Shown here one piece after another: positions 8,435 through 17,487 of a DNA stretch of 25,423 nt. The DNA lies in contig CAWCBP010000005.1 in assembly GCA_963793865.1 (NCBI GenBank), positions 1 through 25,423 on the forward strand, given 5' to 3'. A program made the translations under genes and the position numbers. The DNA is from an uncultured delta proteobacterium (GTDB taxonomy: Bacteria; Desulfobacterota; WTBG01). The notes beneath the pieces were generated by a model. It was not told the DNA's origin. It made no database searches and saw only the letters and a list, made by a program, of their open reading frames with translations. The number at the start of each line of letters is the position of its first letter. Positions within the stretch are counted from its first letter, which is position 1.

Positions 8435-10625
8435 ATATATTGCGTGGATTCTGGCACATCCCATGAGTATGATGGGATACTTGTTCTGTATCGCCGCCGT
8501 ATTTATCTATTTTGGTTTTTCAGTAAACATGGATAACAGCATGGAAGTGTGGTTTCCCTCTTCTGATGTTGCAGTGGATCAGTATCAGCGCTTCTTGCAG
8601 GATTTTGGAAACGACGAGTTCATCCTTATTGCCGCTGAGCACAAGGCGGGTTTTACCTACCAGGAGTTGCTTCTTGATCAAAAACTGACTCAGGCGCTTG
8701 AGGAGGTAAACGGCATAGCGTCGGTTTTCAGCCTCTCTAACATTTTTAACCAGGCTTCACTGGATTTTAACGCGTTTAGGGATGGTATGCTTGCTTCATC
8801 GCTCTTTCGCCGAGCACTCATCTCAGACGATGGGCGGGTAACCGCTCTCATCATGCAGTTATCTCCAGAAGGTCTGCGAAACCGGCAAGGAGTCGTGGAC
8901 AGGGTAAGAGAGCTTATGGTACGTGAAGTGCCAATAAGTGAAAAACTCTTTATTGCGGGCCCTCCCATATTCAATACAGAGCTGGACCGAATGTCACGAA
9001 GCGCGGCGGTATACTACTTCCCACTTTTATTTTGCGTTATCGTGTCTATTCTTTTCTTCCTTTTCCGCTCGCTGGTGGGGGTGTTTCTTCCAACTTTCAT
9101 AATAATCCTTAGTCTTTTATTTACGCTGGGCTGGATGGGACTCTGGGGCGGATCCATCAATATAGTGACTGTTGCTCTTTTCCCACTGATGATGGTTTTA
9201 TCACTCTCCTATAGTATCTATTCGTTGAGTTCCTACAATAATTACATGAGGGCGGAACCGGTTACCCCCTCCGAGGACCGCAAAAAAGAGATTATTGCGC
9301 ACTCCTGTAAGGAGGTGCGTTTCCCCATTTTTTTATGTGCCTTGACAACAGCCGTTGGTTTCGATGCTTTGATCGTGAGCGAGGTCACTCCCGTAAATGA
9401 TTTCGGTTTTTTCTCGACACTGGGCATTTCTTCTGCCTTCCTGCTGATCATGTTTTTCTTACCCCCCGCCTTGCTTTTGTTCCCCGCACCTTCCCGACCG
9501 TTCGAAGGCAATAAAGCAAATAAAAGACTTCATCACTTGTTTCTATACCTTAGTTTTTTCGTGGTAAACAAAAGGTATCACATACTTGTTTTTTGTCTTA
9601 TTCTCTTTTTCGCCTCTCTCAGTGGCATTGCCCGATTACAGGTAGAAACCAATGCTTTAAAATTTTTCCCTCAAAACAGTCAGATGGTGCAGACCTACAC
9701 CTTTATTGAAGACCGCCTCACCGGTCTTTCGCCCATAGAAATTGTAATTGAACCAAAAAATGTGCAGATAACAAATCTGCTTCCTCCTCGCTCCACTTTA
9801 ACGGAAGTCAGACTGGTTCAGGATTTTCTTTCCCGTCAAAAAGAGATTGTTACCTCGAAATCTATAGCAAACATTTTGGAAGATGACATCATGCAGGGTG
9901 TGTCACGACAGCCCTTGCGCCATCACGCACCCAGCGTGAACGATGCTGCCGTCGAAGGATATTTTAACCTGCAACGACAGGCGGTTCGCGTTTCAGCTAA
10001 GGCCAGGACGTTAGGATCATCAGAATACCGGATGTTGATTGAAAAGATTACCCACTACTTGAATACATGCTTGAGGGGAGATCTAAGGGCCTACACGACG
10101 GGAATCGTACCGATCATTTTCGAGATGCAGGATAAGTTGCTTGCATATCTGATCGAGAGCTTTTCTATTACCTTTGTAATTATCGGGCTCATCTTTCTCT
10201 TTCTCACCCGGTCATTCAAAAACATGTTAATCAGCATGATTCCCAATGTTCTCCCCATTGCGATGGTTCTGGGATTCATGGGCTGGGCCGGCATTAAATT
10301 AGATGTAGCCACAATCATGATTGCGAGTATTGCTTTAGGCATAGCTGTTGATGATACAATCCATTTTCTTTCAGTTTTTAAAAAGATGCCGTCTGGCCAG
10401 GGAGGATATGATCAACGCATTCATTCAACCCTTTCATCGGTTGGAGAGGCAATGATTTTTGCCTCGGTGGTCAACATGTGTGGATTTGCTGTCCTCTGTT
10501 TTTCCGATTTCGGACCGATGATCAACTTCGGATTGTTATCGAGCGTAACGATATTTTTTGCGCTGATATGTGAACTGATAATAATGCCTGCATGCCTGGC
10601 CGCATTTAATGTAAGACTTCGCTGA
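8427..10625 (+). CDS. MMPL/RND-family membrane exporter
   Basis: Two repeats of one TM helix, a periplasmic domain and five TM helices; ALTTAVGF and GIAVDDTIHF motifs. The ATG at 8427 follows GGGGGA and overlaps the hydrolase stop. Confidence 0.9.
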   Translation: MDKYIAWILAHPMSMMGYLFCIAAVFIYFGFSVNMDNSMEVWFPSSDVAVDQYQRFLQDFGNDEFILIAAEHKAGFTYQELLLDQKLTQALEEVNGIASVFSLSNIFNQASLDFNAFRDGMLASSLFRRALISDDGRVTALIMQLSPEGLRNRQGVVDRVRELMVREVPISEKLFIAGPPIFNTELDRMSRSAAVYYFPLLFCVIVSILFFLFRSLVGVFLPTFIIILSLLFTLGWMGLWGGSINIVTVALFPLMMVLSLSYSIYSLSSYNNYMRAEPVTPSEDRKKEIIAHSCKEVRFPIFLCALTTAVGFDALIVSEVTPVNDFGFFSTLGISSAFLLIMFFLPPALLLFPAPSRPFEGNKANKRLHHLFLYLSFFVVNKRYHILVFCLILFFASLSGIARLQVETNALKFFPQNSQMVQTYTFIEDRLTGLSPIEIVIEPKNVQITNLLPPRSTLTEVRLVQDFLSRQKEIVTSKSIANILEDDIMQGVSRQPLRHHAPSVNDAAVEGYFNLQRQAVRVSAKARTLGSSEYRMLIEKITHYLNTCLRGDLRAYTTGIVPIIFEMQDKLLAYLIESFSITFVIIGLIFLFLTRSFKNMLISMIPNVLPIAMVLGFMGWAGIKLDVATIMIASIALGIAVDDTIHFLSVFKKMPSGQGGYDQRIHSTLSSVGEAMIFASVVNMCGFAVLCFSDFGPMINFGLLSSVTIFFALICELIIMPACLAAFNVRLR

Positions 10626-10638
10626 TAAAGGAGCGAGT

Positions 10639-11757
10639 ATGTTTGCGCAATGGTTCGCACAGCCCCCTGATGAATGGCTTCGACATGTAATAGCCATCCA
10701 TTTTCATCCTGAGACGGGAACACCGTACTGGATTGAAAAGGCGCGCGAGCTGGGCGTTAATGCGCCATGCGAAATCAAGACCCTTGAAGACCTTAGCATC
10801 TTCGGTCCGATGGATGAGATGGCAATGACCACCCGTCCCATAGAGCATTTTATACCCCTTGAGTATTCCACGGAAAAGAGGCGTTTCATTTTAGGCGATA
10901 CGGCAGGCACTACCGGTACACCCAAGGTGACTGCTTACCGGGAAGACGAATTTTATCTCGCGTTTGTGGAATACTTTGCCTTTGTTGCTGAGGCAATGAA
11001 TTTTCCGAAAGGCGCCAACTGGCTGTGGATAGGGCCGAGTGGTCCGCACATCATAGGCAAGGCGGCGAGAATGGTCTGCTTGAGGATGGAAAGCATGGAT
11101 CCTTTTTCCATTGACTTTGATCCCCGGTGGATAAAAAAGCTTGCTCCCGGATCCATGGGATGGAACCGATACCTTCAACATATAGAGGATCAGGCGCTGC
11201 ACATTTTACAGACCCAAAAAATTGAAGTGTTATTTTCAACCCCTCCGGTGATTAAACGGCTGGTATCGGTACTGGATGATACTCAGAAAGCACGAATTAA
11301 AGGCGTTCACTACGGGGGAATGCCGCTTGATGCTGAATTCTACCAGGAATTGAGAACCGTGCACTTTCCCAACGCGGTTCATATTTCGGGCTATGGAAAT
11401 ACGCTTTTCGGAGTATGTTTAGAGGTCGGCAACAGCGCGATCGGGCCAACACACTATTTTTCACCCGGACCCCGGCTGATTTTGAATGTTGTTCCCCGCG
11501 TTGAGGGCCCTCACGACCGCGGGTCGGGGCATGAGCAACCCGGCCGCAAAGTGGACTATGGTGAGCGGGGACAGGTGATGTTCCACCGGCTTGATGAAAG
11601 CTTTCTCATTATCAATATGTTCGAGCGGGATGAGGCGGTGAGAATCCCCCCGAGTTCGCGTGCCCTGCAGATGGGATTGTCGCTCGATGGCGTGAGTGAT
11701 CCGCAGCCTATTGCCGATACGGCCGGTAACAGCAAACCTGCCCTGGGGCTTTATTAA
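10639..11757 (+). CDS. EhpF-like atypical adenylating enzyme (ANL superfamily, PaaK-related)
   Basis: Motifs collinear with Pantoea EhpF as I recall its sequence: HFHPETGTPYW, TAGTTGTPK (P-loop), PSGPHIIG, FSIDFDPRWIKK, STPPV, GYGNT, VDYGERG, ERDEAVRIP and C-terminal GLY. Strong RBS AAGGAG. Confidence 0.75.
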   Translation: MFAQWFAQPPDEWLRHVIAIHFHPETGTPYWIEKARELGVNAPCEIKTLEDLSIFGPMDEMAMTTRPIEHFIPLEYSTEKRRFILGDTAGTTGTPKVTAYREDEFYLAFVEYFAFVAEAMNFPKGANWLWIGPSGPHIIGKAARMVCLRMESMDPFSIDFDPRWIKKLAPGSMGWNRYLQHIEDQALHILQTQKIEVLFSTPPVIKRLVSVLDDTQKARIKGVHYGGMPLDAEFYQELRTVHFPNAVHISGYGNTLFGVCLEVGNSAIGPTHYFSPGPRLILNVVPRVEGPHDRGSGHEQPGRKVDYGERGQVMFHRLDESFLIINMFERDEAVRIPPSSRALQMGLSLDGVSDPQPIADTAGNSKPALGLY

Positions 11758-11818
11758 AAATATGTGCGGTTGTCATGTTCCTGCGCACAACTAACTTCGC
11801 ACGAGGGAGAAGACTTTC

Positions 11819-13021
11819 ATGGATACGCGGTTGAAAAAAATTGAACTGCTGGCTCCTGCGGGCAGGTGGGAGGTTTTAGACGTAGTGCTGGAAAGGGGCG
11901 CGGATGCCGTGTATCTCGCGGGGAAGGAATATAACATGCGCAGGCATCGCTCCGATTTTAATTTCAGCCGGGATGAAATCGCGCGCGCCGCAGACAAGGT
12001 TCACGCCGCCGGCGCGAAAATCTATATTACCGTCAACAGCCTGCTCAGCGAGCGAGAGCTTGATGAAATTGGAGAATACCTGGCCTTCCTGGAGTCGGTG
12101 GCGGTTGACGCTCTTATTGTCCAGGATCTTGGACTTATTCAGCTCATCACTCGGTCAGGGTTCAACCTGCCCCTCCATGCAAGCACCATGATGAACATCC
12201 ACAGTGCGGAGGGAGCGCGTGCCTGTGCCGATTCGGGCATCAGCCGCATCATTTGCTCCAGGGACGTCGCCCTGCACCAGGTCAAGCAGATGCGGGATGA
12301 CAGCGGACTCGAGATGGAATACTTTGTCCATGGAGATATGTGTATCGCGCAGAGCGGCCAGTGTTATATGAGCGGCATCCTTTTTGGCAGGAGCAGCAAC
12401 CGGGGTAAATGCATGAAGCCGTGTCGCTGGCCCTATCAGATGGTAAACCAGGGAGGAGGTGTGCTGGAGACCAAGATGGATGGTTCGTATCTCCTCGCGA
12501 CAAAGGACATCTGCCTCCTGGAATTCATACCGGAACTCATTGAAGCGGGGGTACATGCTCTGAAGATCGAAGGCAGAATGCGCGCGCCGGCCTTTCTGGC
12601 CGGTGTTGTCGAGGTGTACCGCAGGACGATTGACCAGTACTGCAGTGATCCCTATGGCTTTATCAACGATATCCGTGCATACGATGAGCTCTACCGCAAT
12701 CGGGTAAGAGATTTCTCAGCATGCTGTGCTTTGCGCAAACCTGACGCCGGCCTGGTGGGATCATCCGGAGAGAGAGAGCCCTTTTTTTTGAGTACCGCGG
12801 TGAGGGAAAAGGAAATAGACCTGTTGCATCCCGAGGAAGTCTTCAATGATACAGGAGATGTGCAGACGAGAAGGACTGATCAGGTGAACCGGGTGCTTCT
12901 TGCCGTCCATGCGGGGTCTCCTGAGGGTGCCCGGGAAGCCCTGGAGCGGGGGGCAGAATGGATTTACATTGGCGGGGAGGTTTTCCGTCTCGAGGACAAA
13001 GATGGGGGCTGTCTTCCTTAA
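11819..13021 (+). CDS. U32-family [4Fe-4S] protein, N-terminal part of a probable single gene 11819-13866
   Basis: ELLAPAG, ADAVY, LHASTM, FVHGDMC-x6-C-x15-C-x3-C and LKIEGRMR. The last ~40 aa begin a second U32 barrel (ALERGAEWIYIGGEVF). Confidence 0.85.
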   Translation: MDTRLKKIELLAPAGRWEVLDVVLERGADAVYLAGKEYNMRRHRSDFNFSRDEIARAADKVHAAGAKIYITVNSLLSERELDEIGEYLAFLESVAVDALIVQDLGLIQLITRSGFNLPLHASTMMNIHSAEGARACADSGISRIICSRDVALHQVKQMRDDSGLEMEYFVHGDMCIAQSGQCYMSGILFGRSSNRGKCMKPCRWPYQMVNQGGGVLETKMDGSYLLATKDICLLEFIPELIEAGVHALKIEGRMRAPAFLAGVVEVYRRTIDQYCSDPYGFINDIRAYDELYRNRVRDFSACCALRKPDAGLVGSSGEREPFFLSTAVREKEIDLLHPEEVFNDTGDVQTRRTDQVNRVLLAVHAGSPEGAREALERGAEWIYIGGEVFRLEDKDGGCLP

Positions 13022-13866
13022 GGGACATCATCTCCCGGGCACGCGACATGGGGAAAAATGTCGGACTGCTGACCCCACGGGTTACCCTTGCGCGCCAGCT
13101 GGATGAACTTAAGTGGTTTTTGGATCAGGCCGGTTTAGTGGCTCCGGATGCCGTGTTGGTCCATAACCTTGGAAGCCTGCACCTGGTCAGAACACAAAGC
13201 GATATTCCCATGTATGCTGATTTTTCTTTCAATGTGTTAAATCGCAGCTCCATTGAGTATCTCAGCCGCCTGGGGGCACGTCAGGTAACGCTTTCCCTCG
13301 AAGCATCTTTTAAAACCCTTAAGGATTTAGCCGGCAGCGCCTGTGTGCCTCTTGAGTGTATCATCCACGGCCCCATCCCCGGAATGTATTTGGAACACTG
13401 CCTGATGAGCATGAGCCTGATGAATACCACGTCTCACGATCCCTGTCGAGGTCCCTGCCGTTACCTTCAGTGCGGCCTTTCAGATACACTGCAACAAATC
13501 CACCCCATCGAAGTGGATCAATACTGCCGCACTCATCTTTTGTTCTCAAAGGATCTGGCCTGCCTCAATTACGTTGCAGATTTTGTGAATACCGGTGTTC
13601 GCACATTACGAATCGAGGGGCAATACTATGAGAAGGAGTTGGTGGGAGCGCTCACCGCGCTCTATGCGGATCTCATTGCAAACCCGTTTCAGGGCATTAA
13701 CGCTGCACGTTTAAAACGTCTCATCGCCATGAGTCCGCGGGGCTTCAGCCTGGGGGCATATCCGAAAGGCATATGCGAAGATGCCTCCCAGCCGCATACT
13801 GGACCCTCCCCGGATGCGCAGCCCGTCCTCCGGGACTCTTCCTTGAGGCACTCTTCGGCTCACTGA
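12958..13866 (+). CDS. U32-family protein, C-terminal part (second U32 domain after the frameshift at ~12981-12984)
   Basis: VLVHNLG, ADFSFNVLN, VTLSLE, IHGPIPGMYLEHC...CRGPC, LFSKDLACL and LRIEG. It lacks its own U32 N-terminal strands, which are in the upstream frame. Confidence 0.75.
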   Translation: MDLHWRGGFPSRGQRWGLSSLRDIISRARDMGKNVGLLTPRVTLARQLDELKWFLDQAGLVAPDAVLVHNLGSLHLVRTQSDIPMYADFSFNVLNRSSIEYLSRLGARQVTLSLEASFKTLKDLAGSACVPLECIIHGPIPGMYLEHCLMSMSLMNTTSHDPCRGPCRYLQCGLSDTLQQIHPIEVDQYCRTHLLFSKDLACLNYVADFVNTGVRTLRIEGQYYEKELVGALTALYADLIANPFQGINAARLKRLIAMSPRGFSLGAYPKGICEDASQPHTGPSPDAQPVLRDSSLRHSSAH

Positions 13867-13884
13867 TCCTCGGGAGCAGCTTAT

Positions 13885-15189
13885 ATGTCGCAAACCTATC
13901 TCGGACCGGAAGCAATTCTCGAGAAGAAGAAGAGATACCTCATTCCCTGTGTCTACCATTTTTACCGAAACCCGCCTCAGATCGTGAGAGGGGAAATGGA
14001 ATATCTGTATGATCACCAGGGGAAGAGGTACCTCGATTTTTACGCAGGGGTTGCGGTGGTCAATGCAGGACACTGCCATCCCGAAATAACAGATAAAATA
14101 TGCAAACAGGTCAAAACGCTGCAGCACACCACGGCCATATACCTCACCCAGCCCATGGTGGAGCTTGCAGAAAGATTGTCATCGATTACTCCCGGAGACT
14201 TATCCAGCACCTTCTTCTGCAACAGCGGTTCCGAGGCAAACGAGGGAGCGCTTATGCTTGCCAGGCTTTTCACCGGAAGAGAAGGGTTTGCCGCGCTTGA
14301 AAACTCTCTTCACGGGAGAACCTATTTGACCATGAGCGTGACGGGCATTCCCATGTGGAGAACAGATCACAGCTTGTCATCCCGGGTTGTGTTTATCCCC
14401 CCACCCTACTGTTACCGTTGCTCATTCCAGTTGAGCTACCCGAGTTGTGATCTCAGATGTGCCTATGAGATTGAAAAGGCAATAGACAGCATAGGATCGC
14501 ACCGGATTGCTGCTTTTATTGCAGAACCCATTCAGGGCAATGGAGGCATCATTGTTCCACCTCCCGATTATTTTAAGGTGGCAAAGGACATCCTGGATCG
14601 TCATCGGATTCTCTTCATTGCCGACGAAGTACAAACGGGCTTTGGACGGACCGGAACCATGTTTGCCGTCGAGCAATGGGGCGTTGTGCCCTCCATTCTC
14701 ACCGTCGCTAAGGCCCTGGCAAATGGTGTGCCGGTGGGGGCATTTATCACCAATCCGGATATTGCCTCCTCTTATACTAAACCGGGTGCCTCAACCCTGG
14801 GGGGGAACCCTGTAACTGCAGTAGCTGCACTTGCAACACTAGAAGTCCATCAGAAATATAACCTGCGAGGCAATGCTGTAAAGATGGGAGAACATTTCAT
14901 GGAATGTCTCTTAGCCTTACAGGAGAAACATGCTCTTATCGGGGAAGTGCGGGGAAGGGGTTTAATGCTGGGGGCAGAACTGGTCAGGGATAATAAGACT
15001 CCCGCTGCTCAAGAGACAGACACTATTCTGGAATACCTGAAAGATCACGGGGTTCTTATTGGTAAAACCGGGGCAGGTAGAAATGTTCTTACTTTTCAAC
15101 CACCCTTAATTATCTCAAAAGATCAGATTGATCAGGTCGTAACAACACTGGATCGCGCCCTGGCTCAGCCCATGGCTAAAAGCGCGTGA
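13885..15189 (+). CDS. Class III PLP-dependent aminotransferase (AGXT2/GabT-like)
   Basis: YLDFYAGVAVVNAGHCHP, NSGSEANE, LHGRT, IAEPIQGNGG, FIADEVQTGFGRTG, PLP lysine in AKALANG, and STLGGNP. Confidence 0.92.
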   Translation: MSQTYLGPEAILEKKKRYLIPCVYHFYRNPPQIVRGEMEYLYDHQGKRYLDFYAGVAVVNAGHCHPEITDKICKQVKTLQHTTAIYLTQPMVELAERLSSITPGDLSSTFFCNSGSEANEGALMLARLFTGREGFAALENSLHGRTYLTMSVTGIPMWRTDHSLSSRVVFIPPPYCYRCSFQLSYPSCDLRCAYEIEKAIDSIGSHRIAAFIAEPIQGNGGIIVPPPDYFKVAKDILDRHRILFIADEVQTGFGRTGTMFAVEQWGVVPSILTVAKALANGVPVGAFITNPDIASSYTKPGASTLGGNPVTAVAALATLEVHQKYNLRGNAVKMGEHFMECLLALQEKHALIGEVRGRGLMLGAELVRDNKTPAAQETDTILEYLKDHGVLIGKTGAGRNVLTFQPPLIISKDQIDQVVTTLDRALAQPMAKSA

Positions 15190-15318
15190 AGAGGATGAGG
15201 CTTTTCCTTGTAATGTGCAATATCACCGGATTATCTCACCTGTAAAAATGCAAGGCAAACCTCCGAAGCAGGCGTGAGGAAGTTCCAACCATCCCCATGT
15301 CAAGCGGAAAACAAATTC

Positions 15319-16725
15319 ATGAAGATATTGCTTGTTTATCCTGCACCGGAACGATTTCCCATCAGCGTCTATCAATATCGTTATGTTTCGGTTCCCGCCA
15401 TATTGACGCACATGGCCGCCCTGACTCCTCCTGAACACAGCATCAGGCTCGTCGATATGATGGTTGGTGACCCTGTGCCATATAACGAGGCGTTCGATCT
15501 CGTTGGTATCACAGTTCGAACCCCTATGGCACCTGTTGCCTATCAGATTGCGGACCGGTTCCGCGCACAGGGAATCACGGTTGTGCTGGGAGGAGCTCAC
15601 GTTTCCGTGCTGCCGGAAGAAGGAAAGACACATGCAGACTCGGTAATTATTGGTGAAGCAGAGGACACCTGGAGTTTGCTCCTGCATGATCTTGAAACTC
15701 AGCAGATGGCAGACTATTACGTTTGCGGACCTCATGAAACCAACATGCTAAAAGGGCGGGTGAGGCATCTACCGCAGCGCCCGAACTTGAAAGGTCTGCC
15801 TGCTCCACGCACTGATCTGCTTGATCGCGACAGGTACATCATGGATACTTTTATGACCACCCGCGGCTGTGTTTTTGGCTGTCGTTTTTGTAATGTGCAG
15901 CCACTGTTTGGATCGCACATACGTCACCGTCCAATTCCAGAGGTAATAAAAGAGCTGATTGATGCACGTCGACTTTTGCTTTCCGTGGATGACAATGTAT
16001 TCGGAGCACCGGGGGATGCAGACTATTACCTGCAGCTCTATGGGGCGATGAAGGACCTCAGACCCGCCAGGTATTGGGCCGGACAAGGTTCGCTTGCGGT
16101 GGCATCCTATCCCCGGGCTGACAAACTGCTTGAAACAGCCTCCAGAAGCGGTTTGTCGCTTTTAACCGCAGGTATTGAGGCGTTGGATTGCACGGGGCTT
16201 GAAGAAAGCGGTGCTTACCGGAAGCTCGGGCTTGTGCATGCAGAAAACATGTCTGCCTGGCAGACCGGTGAAAGCATCAAGAAGATTCAAAGTTATGGTA
16301 TCAATGTGCTCGGGTATTTCATCATAGGATTCCGGCAGGATACCATGAGTTCATTTGACCGCGTATTGGAGTTCTGCGATCACCATTCGATCATACCGGT
16401 ACCCATTCTTCTCCATCCTCTACCCGGCACGGAACTCTATGATGAATATGTGCGGGAAGGTCTCATGCGGGACGGGGCCGACTGGGCCGATTTTGATGGG
16501 GCCCATTTAGTGCTTCTCCATCCGGCATTTGAGAAAACCGGCATTGAGACGGCCTACATAAAAAAAGTGATGGAAGCAAACAGTCTCGCGCGACGGACAA
16601 GACGGAACCTGCTGCGGCTTTTTGCGAATCCGCGAATCGACAGCGCCATAAACTTCTACAAAACCCAGCAGGTGATGCATCGGGGAATACGTGAGTACGT
16701 AAACTGCATGAACCATTCGGAGTGA
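15319..16725 (+). CDS. Second cobalamin-binding radical SAM protein
   Basis: MKILLVYP start (ATG 15319 preferred over GTG 15274), VVLGGAHVS, IGEAE, TTRGCVFGCRFC, VDDN and PLPGT. Confidence 0.9.
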   Translation: MKILLVYPAPERFPISVYQYRYVSVPAILTHMAALTPPEHSIRLVDMMVGDPVPYNEAFDLVGITVRTPMAPVAYQIADRFRAQGITVVLGGAHVSVLPEEGKTHADSVIIGEAEDTWSLLLHDLETQQMADYYVCGPHETNMLKGRVRHLPQRPNLKGLPAPRTDLLDRDRYIMDTFMTTRGCVFGCRFCNVQPLFGSHIRHRPIPEVIKELIDARRLLLSVDDNVFGAPGDADYYLQLYGAMKDLRPARYWAGQGSLAVASYPRADKLLETASRSGLSLLTAGIEALDCTGLEESGAYRKLGLVHAENMSAWQTGESIKKIQSYGINVLGYFIIGFRQDTMSSFDRVLEFCDHHSIIPVPILLHPLPGTELYDEYVREGLMRDGADWADFDGAHLVLLHPAFEKTGIETAYIKKVMEANSLARRTRRNLLRLFANPRIDSAINFYKTQQVMHRGIREYVNCMNHSE

Positions 16726-16891
16726 AAGACTGCTCGGCATGCCACCGGCCGGAAACCATGCAAATCCAGGACACGGGAGGAAACAGGCAAGCAAGAAAAA
16801 ATGGAACGGGCAGTGAAAAGAAGAAAGGGGGGAGCCGGTCTGCAAGGGCTGCCGTGCGGACAATAGAGCTTATCCGGAGTTGATTCATTGT

Positions 16892-17440
16892 TTATAGCCA
16901 GAACTCGGGATATTTCCTCTTGGCGGGAATATTATTAACCAGGAGGGCTATAACCAGCATAATGGCGGCACCAGTTCCAACCGGCACAATCGTATACCAG
17001 TACCCAAGATCATGAATCTTATCGCTCCCGGTTACGGCTATCAGGGCGGTCGCCCCGCCGGGCGGATGCAGGGTCCTTGTGGCATGCATAACCGCAAGAG
17101 AAGTGGCAACAGCGAGAGCGGATGCCAACCACATCTGATCGTGAAAGAACTTTTGGGCAGTAACACCAATAAGGGCTGAGATAATGTGCCCGCCGAGGAG
17201 GTTCCTTGGCTGGGCCAGGGGACTTCTCACCACACCGTACAGTAAAACCGCTGAAGCCCCAAACGATCCTGTTATAAATAAGATATCACCATTATTAAAA
17301 AGATTATAATGAATCCATGCAACCACACCAATGCCGAGAAAAGCCCCGGTCCATGACCACAGAATCTCGGAGAGGCTTACCCCGGGGGGGCTCTTCGTGG
17401 TGCCCCGCATTTTGCTCAGGTAATGACGTAGTGTTTCCAT
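16892..17440 (-). CDS. HPP-family membrane protein (family includes nitrite transporters)
   Basis: SFGASAVLLYG..SPLAQPRN..GGH and TLHPPGGATAL motifs with several TM helices. ATG 17440; alternative TTG 17446. Confidence 0.92.
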   Translation of the reverse strand: METLRHYLSKMRGTTKSPPGVSLSEILWSWTGAFLGIGVVAWIHYNLFNNGDILFITGSFGASAVLLYGVVRSPLAQPRNLLGGHIISALIGVTAQKFFHDQMWLASALAVATSLAVMHATRTLHPPGGATALIAVTGSDKIHDLGYWYTIVPVGTGAAIMLVIALLVNNIPAKRKYPEFWL

Positions 17441-17487
17441 GACCAACCGGCGCTATCACCGCGCAGCATTGTTAACCGTTACCGGTT

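Noticed and set aside
7300..13866. Assigning the symbols ubiT, ubiU and ubiV
   Set aside because: Only family-level similarity is visible. The U32 domains appear fused and no other ubi genes are present.
4683..16725. Hopanoid (hpn) cluster, suggested by MMPL, class III aminotransferase and B12-radical SAM genes
   Set aside because: There is no squalene-hopene cyclase, hpnCDE, hpnH or hpnG in the window, and EhpF-like and U32 genes are not hpn components. Tailoring of a lipid made elsewhere cannot be excluded.
4683..16725. Ladderane-type or aryl polyene fatty-acid cluster
   Set aside because: No ketosynthase, ACP, FabZ or FabG genes are present.
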